From: Stegostoma tigrinum
Taxonomy: Eukaryota
Assembly: GCF_030684315.1 (NCBI RefSeq)
Contig: NC_081396.1
Coordinates: 5,208,001-5,272,000, forward strand
Reading direction: 5' to 3'
Length of the DNA stretch: 64,000 nt
The first letter of the stretch is position 1. Each line of letters opens with the position of its first letter. The position numbers were made by a program, and so were the translations under genes. Below the pieces are notes generated by a model. It had not been told where the DNA came from, did not search any database, and saw only the letters and a program-made list of their open reading frames with translations. Of this stretch, positions 11,753 to 21,755 are shown piece after piece.

Positions 11753-13482
11753 TCACTGCTTTCCTTCCCGGCTGCCCCTCTGGTCCTCGTCACTTCCTCT
11801 GATGCTCCCGCTCCTTCTCTGAAAGAGGAAAAAAAAACACCGCTGCCCGCTACCGGTAAGTAATTTTAAAAATAAACTGCTTTACCTTAGCTGCAGTCTT
11901 CCGGGTCCGTCTTGCCTCCGCTGCTGCTCGCACTCAAAAAGGCCGTTGGCGTCGAAGGGTGAGTATTTATACTCACTGCTTTCCTTCCCGGCTGCCCCTC
12001 TGGTCCTCGTCACTTCCTCTGATGCTCCCGCTCCTTCTCTGAAAGAGGAAAAAAAAACACCGCTGCCCGCTACCGGTAAGTAATTTTAAAAATAAACTGC
12101 TTTACCTTAGCTGCAGTCTTCCGGGTCCGTCTTGCCTCCGCTGCTGCTCGCACTCAAAAAGGCCGTTGGCGTCGAAGGGTGAGTATTTATACTCACTGCT
12201 TTCCTTCCCGGCTGCCCCTCTGGTCCTCGTCACTTCCTCTGATGCTCCCGCTCCTTCTCTGAAAGAGGAAAAAAAAACACCGCTGCCCGCTACCGGTAAG
12301 TAATTTTAAAAATAAACTGCTTTACCTTAGCTGCAGTCTTCCGGGTCCGTCTTGCCTCCGCTGCTGCTCGCACTCAAAAAGGCCGTTGGCGTCGAAGGGT
12401 GAGTATTTATACTCACTGCTTTCCTTCCCGGCTGCCCCTCTGGTCCTCGTCACTTCCTCTGATGCTCCCGCTCCTTCTCTGAAAGAGGAAAAAAAAACAC
12501 CGCTGCCCGCTACCGGTAAGTAATTTTAAAAATAAACTGCTTTACCTTAGCTGCAGTCTTCCGGGTCCGTCTTGCCTCCGCTGCTGCTCGCACTCAAAAA
12601 GGCCGTTGGCGTCGAAGGGTGAGTATTTATACTCACTGCTTTCCTTCCCGGCTGCCCCTCTGGTCCTCGTCACTTCCTCTGATGCTCCCGCTCCTTCTCT
12701 GAAAGAGAAAAAAAAAACACCGCTGCCCGCTACCGGTAAGTAATTTTAAAAATAAACTGCTTTACCTTAGCTGCAGTCTTCCGGGTCCGTCTTGCCTCCG
12801 CTGCTGCTCGCACTCAAAAAGGCCGTTGGCGTCGAAGGGTGAGTATTTATACTCACTGCTTTCCTTCCCGGCTGCCCCTCTGGTCCTCGTCACTTCCTCT
12901 GATGCTCCCGCTCCTTCTCTGAAAGAGGAAAAAAAAACACCGCTGCCCGCTACCGGTAAGTAATTTTAAAAATAAACTGCTTTACCTTAGCTGCAGTCTT
13001 CCGGGTCCGTCTTGCCTCCGCTGCTGCTCGCACTCAAAAAGGCCGTTGGCGTCGAAGGGTGAGTATTTATACTCACTGCTTTCCTTCCCGGCTGCCCCTC
13101 TGGTCCTCGTCACTTCCTCTGATGCTCCCGCTCCTTCTCTGAAAGAGGAAAAAAAAACACCGCTGCCCGCTACCGGTAAGTAATTTTAAAAATAAACTGC
13201 TTTACCTTAGCTGCAGTCTTCCGGGTCCGTCTTGCCTCCGCTGCTGCTCGCACTCAAAAAGGCCGTTGGCGTCGAAGGGTGAGTATTTATACTCACTGCT
13301 TTCCTTCCCGGCTGCCCCTCTGGTCCTCGTCACTTCCTCTGATGCTCCCGCTCCTTCTCTGAAAGAGAAAAAAAAAACACCGCTGCCCGCTACCGGTAAG
13401 TAATTTTAAAAATAAACTGCTTTACCTTAGCTGCAGTCTTCCGGGTCCGTCTTGCCTCCGCTGCTGCTCGCACTCAAAAAGG
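11753..13482 (-). repeat. Tandem array of 220-bp monomers (~7.9 copies) forming the LINE 5' UTR
   Basis: TTCCTTCCCG recurs at 11761, 11981, 12201, 12421, 12641, 12861, 13081 and 13301. The only difference seen between copies is G>A at 12708 and 13368. Confidence 0.98.
13256..13291 (-). promoter_or_regulatory. Putative core promoter of each monomer: TATAAATA followed 30 nt later by CCTTTTT (TCT/TOP-like initiator); outermost complete copy shown
   Basis: The minus strand reads GTGAG-TATAAATA-CTCACCCTTCGACGCCAACGG-CCTTTTTG. TATA starts at 11971+220n (7 copies). AGAGGAAGTGACG (ETS plus half-CRE) lies upstream and CCGGAAG downstream. Confidence 0.6.
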
Positions 13483-13860
13483 ATGTGATTGCACACGAAA
13501 GATTGCTAGAGTGATTTCTCACATGATAGTGTTATTAGATAAGTATAGACTCGTGAGTCAAGACCAGGATTGTCTAGAAATTAGACGATTGCAAAGTGCC
13601 CTTCTTAAGATAGCTGAAGTCAAACAGGCGTCGACAGGATAGGTGTAGGAAGGATTTTTCCCTTGCTTGAAAATTGCGAAGTAGGAAATCCGTACCAGAA
13701 AAAGTGTGCGATGAAGTTTGGTTGAGCTGCAGGGAAATTTCGTCAGTCAGTGGAAATCTCCATATCGCATGGTTTTGGAGGCTGAATCATGCCGATGAGT
13801 ACAACAGAAGTCAACAGATAGAAGTAGAAACGATTGGAGAACCTCAACAGTTCGGGTAGA
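13481..13860 (+). mobile_element. Old degraded CR1, 3' part continuing after the young insertion
   Basis: GGATGTGATTGCACACGAAAG continues the CR1 C-terminal frame; decayed 3' region follows. Confidence 0.7.
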
Positions 13861-14534
13861 ATTTGCAAAGTTACGAATGTAGTTAGCATTTCATCTTCAA
13901 CATGACAACAGGATCATCATCAGGATAGTCAAACTCTAAGCATTAATTCCGATTTTCTTAATTTAATGTGCCAGATGTTCTGGGTTACTCCAGAGTCCTC
14001 TGTTTTTATTTCAAACTTCCAGCATTTGAGAAATTTATAAATGTATATTAATTGAAGGCATTCACCGTTCTGGGGACAGCACGTAGAAGTGACATGCAGC
14101 AGTCGAGGAGCAGTAGTGTAGCTAAACACCAAAGCAATTTTACTCGGTAGTGTGGTCTAGTTTTGCTCTTATTGTTCTACATTTCTGTTCCAAAATATGA
14201 ACATGTGCCTGACATCACTTCGTCAATATTATCATCTGATACACCGCCTTTCACTTTCAATGGTCTGACATGAAAGAGATTCAACTTTAGTTCCGTGATC
14301 ATCTTTGTGTTTCAAAGGAAAAAAAGCGAAAATGCAATAATTAGGCATTTGTGTATCCATGACCGCAAATTACGTCAGCCAGCAGCTCTCAAGCATTAAG
14401 TTGTTGAAAAGCAAATAATTTAACACAGTAAATCTAACCAGTGCTATACTGTAGGCGTATGAATTCAAAAGGGAAAATCATCGAAATGGCATCCCTTGAT
14501 TTGTGTTCTGGACATTACATGTGGTGCTCTGTGA

Positions 14535-14870
14535 CAAGTTCTTCTGGGCAAAGGGCAGAATAATACTAAAGAGGTGCTGCTTGCTGAGACAGAAAACCCA
14601 TAGCTCAGTGTTCTGGGAACACTTTACCTACAGTCATAATTTTGCAAACATGTGTCGATGGTTTCCCTCGTGTAGCCAGTGTCAAATGCAAACAAATACC
14701 ATCAGCAACAGAGGACAGCTGAGCACTGTTATGGACCAATGAAAGATGAACCACGCTGAGCACCGTCAAGTCCACCTTTATGCAGTTACAACCCTCTCCA
14801 ACTGAATGCATATATCTGCCTGCTTTGTACAGTGACTGGAATATCTGCAGCATAATTCCAAATTGTCTAG
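14535..14870 (-). pseudogene. Possible highly decayed TCR V-like relic
   Basis: Colinear fragments across frames: QSRQIYAF, FHWSITVLSCPLLLMV (FR2-like), NTELWV...YYSALCP (FR3/YYC-like). No RSS recognised. Confidence 0.25.
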
Positions 14871-14899
14871 GCAGCAGTTTTGAAATTGATGCAAAAATT

Positions 14900-17700
14900 C
14901 TGTACCATAAGGTATGGAAGCAGAATTGGCCCATCGACTCCGCTCCATTATTCGATTATGGTTGATAAGTTTATCCATCCTATTGTCCTGTCATTTCCAG
15001 GTAACCTTTGATCCTCTGCCTAATGATGGACCTATCTATCTCTGCCATTAAAAAAAACAACTAAGGTAGTTTGCCTTGACAGTGTTCTACAAAAAAATAG
15101 TTCCATACATTCACCAGCCACTCTGGCTGAACATATCTTTCCTCATGTCAATTCTAAAAGGTTGACTTTTCACTCTGAGGCTGTGCCCTCGGGTCCTAAT
15201 CTTTCCTACTGTTGAAAAACCCTGTTCACTTCAACCCTGTCCAGGCCTCTCAGTAAGCTTAAGGAAACTCCCGTCCCATTCTTTCAAATGCCATCAAATC
15301 TAGACCCAGAATCCTCAAACATTCATCAATGTGGCAAGCCTTCCATATGCGGGACGTTTGTCATTATCCTCCTCTGGCTTCTTTCCAGCGCTAACATATA
15401 CTTACTGAAGTACACGACTCAAAGCTACCCACAATAGTTCAAGTGCGGTCAGACCGGGGCCTGAGAGAGAATCTGCAGTACATCCTTCTTTCTGCAACAA
15501 GCCCTCTTGAAATGAAATGCTAACTTTGAATTGGCCTTTTGAACTGGTGATTGAAATTGCATGTTAAGATGAGGAGAATTCCAACCGAGGACACCGAAGC
15601 CTCTATCTCTTTCACATTTCCAAGGCTTTTCCTTGTTTGGAACGCAGTGCACACCTCTGTTCTTTTTACCAAAGAGCAGAACCTCGCACTTTCCCACATT
15701 ACATTCCATCTACAAAATCTTTGCCCACTTACAGACCCTGCACAAATCCTTCTGCAACTTTCCCAGATGCCAAACACTACTTGTTTCACCAGCTGTCATT
15801 GAATCGCCGAAAATCTTCACAATAATACCGTTGGTTCCTTTGACCAGATTGTTCATAAAAAACGTGAATAGTTGCGTTCCAAAGACTAACCTCCGCAGAA
15901 CTTTAGTCGTCACCGACTGCCATTCTGAAAATGACCCCTTTATTTCAACTCTCCGTTCTGCCTCAGGCAGCTATTCTACCTGTGCCAGTACCCTGCCCAA
16001 ACGGTTGTGTTTTTATTTTAAATTTGATTAGCAACTCCTGTTCAGCTCCTTGCCAAATCGCTTCTGGAAATCCAAACAGGTCATGTCCAGTGGCTCTCCT
16101 TTGTCGAGCTTTCTCATTATCTCCTCAAAGAATTCTAACAGATCTGTCAGGAATGACCTTCACTTTGATAAAATCCCACTGACCCAGCCCTATTTTACCA
16201 TGCATTTCCAAGAACTCCATGATCCTTAATACTGAAATCTTTCAAACGATTAATGTCAGGTTAATGGGCCTATTATTTGTCGTCTTCTGACTCCTTCTAT
16301 TCTTCAAGTAAAGTGTTACATTAGCCATGTTCCAGTCGTTTCGGACTCTTCATGACTTCAGTTATTCCTGAAAGATCACCAGCAATGCCTCCACACTGTC
16401 CTCAGCTGTCATTTTCGGATGCCTCAGGTGCACTCCATTCTGGCTGGATGATTCATCCTTATTCAGATCTTTCAGCATCTCCAGCACCTTCTACTTCGTG
16501 ATGACAAGTCACTCTCGTCCGCATTCCACCCCCTCCCCCCCACCCCACACTGAGTATCTTGAGGTTCTCTTATAGCAATGCCGTCTTCCCCATTAGGATC
16601 AATGCAAAGTACTTACTCAATTTGTTCCACACTTCTATTTCTCCAGGCTCATTTTCAACTCATCAATTATCCATTGTTGATCTCAATTAACTTTTAATGT
16701 ATCTTAAAAAAACTGACATGCTTCTTCCATATTAATTACCAGCTTGCCTTCATATGTTATCTTCTCCTTCTTTATTGCTTTTTTAATTGTCCTCTGTTGT
16801 TTCTTTGTTTTAAAAATATGTCTTCACAGTCCTCTGACTTCCCACTAATCGTAAATACATTCCATGCTTTTTCTTTTGCTTTAATGCAGTCCCTAACTTT
16901 CCTTGTAAGCCATGATTGTCTCATCCTCCACTTAGTATGGCTCCCCTTCCTACGGATAATTTTCTGCTGTACCTCTGGAATTAGTCCCAGAAACAACAGC
17001 CATTGCTGTCCTATTCTCTTCCCTGCGAGACACTACTTCCAACAAGTCCTAACCGGTTCCTTCTTCATGTCTTTTTAGTTATGTTCAATCAATTCTAAGA
17101 CAGCTACATCTACTTCAAGCTACTCCCTCCCAAACTGCAAGGTGAATGCTATCATAACATGGCCAGTTACCCCTAAGTGTTTCTTCAACTGAAATGTCCT
17201 ACTCTCATCTGCCTCATTACACATCGCCAAATCGAGAATTGCCTGTTCACTAGTAGGCTATACAGCAAGCTGATCTAAAAACAACATCCTGTAGATATTC
17301 TACGGATTAGTTTTCTCGAGATTGACAACCATCACAATTTTCCCAGTTTACCTGCGTACTGAAACCCTCCATGACGATTTTAATTGTGTCGTTCTTATGT
17401 GCCTTTTCCATTTTCTGATTTATTTCTGCTCCCTAGAAAGCCTGTCCATACATTTCATGTGGGCCTTTCTTTGTTTGCTGTCTCTCCAATCTACTCACAT
17501 ATATTCTCCGCTTTCAAAAACTATATCTCTTCTTGTTCTTGGTTTAAGTTCACTTCTTATGATGAAGACAATCATGTTCCTCAGGCCATATCTTTTTCCT
17601 TTGAAAATGCCACGTATCTTTGTATCTTCCATTCCAACCCTCATTCCCTTGCAGCCACATGCCTGCGATGTCCACATGTTGACACTTAACAACTAGTCAA
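14900..17700 (-). mobile_element. Degraded CR1-type LINE (EN-RT remnant)
   Basis: Fragments VFGTQLFTFFMNNL, IVKIFGDS, WAKILXMECNVGKCEVLLFG, WLTRKVRDCIKAKEKA, with many stops. Confidence 0.85.
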
Positions 17701-19200
17701 TTGCCAAAGGCAGGTATGCCCCCATTCTTTCCAATTCTGGATGAAAGTCATGTCACTTTAAGGGCGTTTTCCTCAATCTCCCATGAACTCCCTGTTCATA
17801 CATAGCCAGCAATTTTGAATTTAGTCTTCATGGTTGTAGATTATTAACTCATACATCAAAAGTTGTGGAACACTTTGTTTCTTATCTTTAACAGAAAGTA
17901 CTATGATCAGGCCATTCACTCAACATAAGAGGAGCTCAAAGACTAAATCCAATTGAGGAAACCATCCGACATTTGATTGTGTATTGAAGGAAGTAGGTTA
18001 AAATTAATTTCTGTGCGTTTAGAATCAATCTATTTCAATCCTGGATGTGACCAACTTCAATAATAACACCACGGTCAAATTTAAACTCGCTGATGTCTCA
18101 GTAACGGGCGTGACTGGCACTTTATCCACAGTGGGACCAGGTGATTGGTCTTAGTGAAGTCTAAACAAGCTCAGCTGTCAAAAAAATTAAATGCGTATCT
18201 TAGGCTGCTGTGACAATCAGGACATTTAAAAACTCTATTGATATTGTAGTCCAATTTGTGTGTGCAAATTCAAGAAAATTGAAAAAAAAACCTCCTTCCC
18301 ACACTCACAGTAGGTGATTAGTTTATCTCTAGCATGAATTCACTGATATATTAAGAAGTGGGGAGAAGGCACATACTCACTAACTCTCTTGCTGTCAAAG
18401 TATTGTCAAACTATCAGGAACACATACACTTGCTCTCTCTCTCTCTCTCTCTCTCTTTCTCACAGAGAATTTTTCACTATGAATTTATTCTCAGAAAATA
18501 TCTTACACAGTCACACAGGAGAACACCCAATCTCTCTGCCTCACACTCACACATTCTCTTCTCAGCCACAGTCATTCTGTAAAATTTATGCTCATTCCAG
18601 CTGTCACTTACACATGCAATTTGTCATAATCACACTTTCAAACTTTTATGCTGATAAATTATTTGAGACACTTCTAACTCTGACAGAATCACAATATTCC
18701 ACGCACAACTGCTCCAAACTGCTGCTCCTACTCACTGGAAGAACAAGCTGCACATTACTGCTTTCGAGACAAGCACCAAATGGAGCAAAATATTCAGAAG
18801 CGACACGACAATAGTTTATTTTTGAAGAAGGTTTTTCTGACCTTAAATAAACTGCTTAAGAGATAGCTGGGGTATTTTCATTGTTATTTTCAAAGGAGAG
18901 TTGGGTGGTTGTGAAAAAATGAACATGTGCAAGACTCCTGGGAGAATGGGGAAGTTGGATCAACCAAATCGCCCATTTCAGAGTCAACAGAGTTCCTGGA
19001 GACTGAACGGCTTCTGACTGTGACTGTCACGTTCCATTGTTCTGGGGGATAGTCGCAATATTTGTAGCAGCAGTCAATCTTTCTGTCTATTGCATCTCTG
19101 GTTTTGTATCAGAAGAATCAGAAGCTGAAACAAGGACAAACTTGCAACACAAATGAAACACTGGAAACATCTTGATATCAGATAAAACTGCATCACTGTG

Positions 19201-19460
19201 TGGCGTCAGACATTAAATTACCAATGAAATTTGCAGTATCTCTGCCTTTCTGCCATTGTTTGCATCTAGAATGTGTATCTATGTGCACTTCTGTGTGTGC
19301 ATTTCCATGTCAGTACCGGTGCACACAGGTATTTTTGTCTGTAAAGAAGATAATTGTTTTGAGGACTCAATGAATCAGAAATGGTGAAAGCTACACTTTC
19401 TCCTTGTTCTTCTTCAGTTTCAAGTGATAAAAACTGCTCTCTGCTCCTTGCTCGACGGTA
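19201..19460 (-). pseudogene. Decayed TCR alpha/delta V-like segment with perfect heptamer
   Basis: EQFLSLETEEEQGESVAFTISDSLSPQNNYLLYRQKYLCAP (FR1-FR2-like), then LDANNGRKAEILQISLV-I*CLTP, followed directly by CACAGTG (19194-19200). Nonamer not recognisable. Confidence 0.45.
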
Positions 19461-20959
19461 CCTCATAATCATAGAGTGAAAATAATCAGCGATTTCGTCC
19501 GAGAAATAGCACCATGCAAACTGACAGCAGTATCAACTCAAACACATGGCCCCTGTGAAAGGCTCATGGAGTGACAAGAAACTGCTTAATTACAAGGTTT
19601 CGATTTTCTGTACGTCCCAGGTGTCTTTTTCAGTACAGGTGAAAAATTCGGGTGAAGAAAAAAGTGATTTTGGTGAGGCAAAACTGTTCGCAATCACTTT
19701 CATTTCTGGAACATGGTAAGTCACAATCCCAGGATTAGTTGGGTGCATCAGTGTTGTCAAATGTTACCCAAAAGATTCTCTGCCAGTTTCCTGACGTGTA
19801 TCAATGAGTGTTTGTGTGAATGTCTGTGTGCATGATTGCTATGTAAACCCTGATTCTTAAACAACAGCCCACTGCTTCCTTTAGAACAACGTAAAATGAC
19901 AGGACGGAAAGCACAGTCTCATTGGATTAGAATCATTCATTCTGTTTCTCTGATACTATTTCCGTTCAGAAGCCTAAACTTTACCACCAATTTGTGGACT
20001 GTGTAATGCATAAAAGTAAGCAATAAAACTGCATATTATTAAAGTAAGACACAAAAACTTCCTCCAGGTTCATGGGGCCTTCTTCTTGGTTATGTTGAAG
20101 GAAAGGACCGTGAGACGGAAAATTTGGGAAAAAAGATTACAGTCATGAGACTGGAAAAGAAGTAAGAGGAATGGACGGGGCGGGGGGGGCGATGAATTGA
20201 GTCAAAAATGACAGCCCAGAATGCTGGGGAGTTTAAATAATGACAATGAAAGCAGATGGTTGTCTGGCATCTCATCTACTAGTAACGTGAGCTTTCACAG
20301 ACGGAGAATTAACATCATATAAGTCGAAGACGGGGACAATAACACACAGCATGCTAATTAGGAACTGATGCAGCATGACAATGTTCATGGCGATGAAAAG
20401 CTTTCTTTCAAATGAAGTGTTCTAAAACCTCGCAGGAACTAATGCTACATCAACAGTGTTTACAACGATGAAAGACCGTTTAGATGCATTCATTGTTGGA
20501 TTGGGTTCAGATGAAAATCTCAACTCGCTGTGCACCAATGATTTCACACTGGAGAGAGACTATACATCTAGATTAAATGTGGGAAAGGATTCACTCAGAA
20601 ATCCCACCTCATGGCTATACGCAGAGTCAGTAGTGAGTGCATGAATCATTTCAGAATCTGTAACTTTCTGTTATTTGCATGCAGGTGATAAACTGTTATA
20701 ATATCCAGGCCATCTTTAGGTTATAATGCTGTGGGTAAAGATACACATTTGTTTTTTTGCATTGAGCATATGGTCTGCTGAACCAATTTAATATCGTGAA
20801 CAATTCCTGTTGAATATAAAACAGAAAACTAGAAGTCGATGTATGTAATACAGTAAAAAAAAAGAAATTTCCATACAGACTGAGTGAAACTAATCAGCAC
20901 AAATGCTGTGGAGGGTGATTTTCTGCTGTTTTCCTGAAGGATTTTAGATTCGGATTTCA

Positions 20960-21585
20960 TGTTGAGAATTCTTTGTCTCTGGCATGCTTGTCTTCATTGT
21001 TCAGTTCGTTGAGTCGAAGAATTGGGAAGTCATGTTGAGGTTGTGTAGTACATTCTCGAGACTTCTTCTGGAATACTGCGTCTATTTCTGGTGGCCCTAT
21101 TTTACGAAGGATATTATTAAGCTGGAGAGTATCCGGAGCAGGTTCAACAGGATGTAGCCGCATATGGAAGAGTTGAATTAAAAAGAAGGGCTGGATAGGC
21201 TGGAATTATTTTCGCCAGAGCTGAGGACGTCCAGAGGCGACCTCATCGATTTTTTTAAAATAATGTGAGTTCTACATAGAGTTAATTGTAGTCGACCTTT
21301 CCTTACGAGGGATATTTTAAGACTGGCACATTTTAAATGCGAGAAGAGAAGGTTGTAACAAAAGAAATGAATGGCATTCTTTTTAACACATAACTTCCCA
21401 AGGAAGCAGTAGATGCTACTACAATTGCAACGTTCAAAAGATATTTGGATAGAGACATGAATAGGAAAGGCTTTCAGGGATATGGGCGAGGGGCAAGCGA
21501 AAGGAAATAGTTTAGTATGTGATTCTGTTCGGCATGAACTTGTTGGACCAGAAGGTCTTTTTTCAGTGCTGTATGATTCTATCAC
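20960..21585 (+). mobile_element. 5'-truncated degraded CR1 3' end
   Basis: LLLEYCVYFWWPYF, RGDLI and the typical tail ...GGACCAGAAGGTCTTTTTTCAGTGCTGTATGATTCTAT. Confidence 0.85.
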
Positions 21586-21755
21586 TCGAAGTGTGTGAGT
21601 GTGAGAGAGAGACAGAGAGAGAGAGAGAAAGAGAGGGAGGGATGGAGAAATAGACAGTGATAGAGAGAGGGAGAAATAGAGAGGGAGGGGAACAGATTGT
21701 GAGAACACAAAATGAAACACAAATAACGTGGGAGCGGATTATTCTGTTGTTTTCA

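Larger units (their letters stand above)
7632..13482 (-). mobile_element. Full-length, young CR1-clade LINE (non-LTR retrotransposon) with tandem-monomer 5' UTR
   Basis: Two uninterrupted ORFs (esterase ORF1; APE endonuclease + RT ORF2), a short 3' UTR ending in (GTTCTAT)x4, and a 5' array of near-identical 220-bp CpG-rich monomers. It interrupts an older + strand CR1. Confidence 0.96.

Noticed and set aside
11753-13482. Array as CRISPR or an independent satellite
   Set aside because: No unique spacers, eukaryotic context, and it is contiguous with LINE ORF1 and ends at the insertion junction.
506-21690. (AG)n/(CT)n tracts at ~506-531, ~3040-3090, ~18431-18458 and ~21590-21690, and ORFs through them
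   Set aside because: Ordinary microsatellites; the ER/SL-repeat peptides are not evidence of coding.
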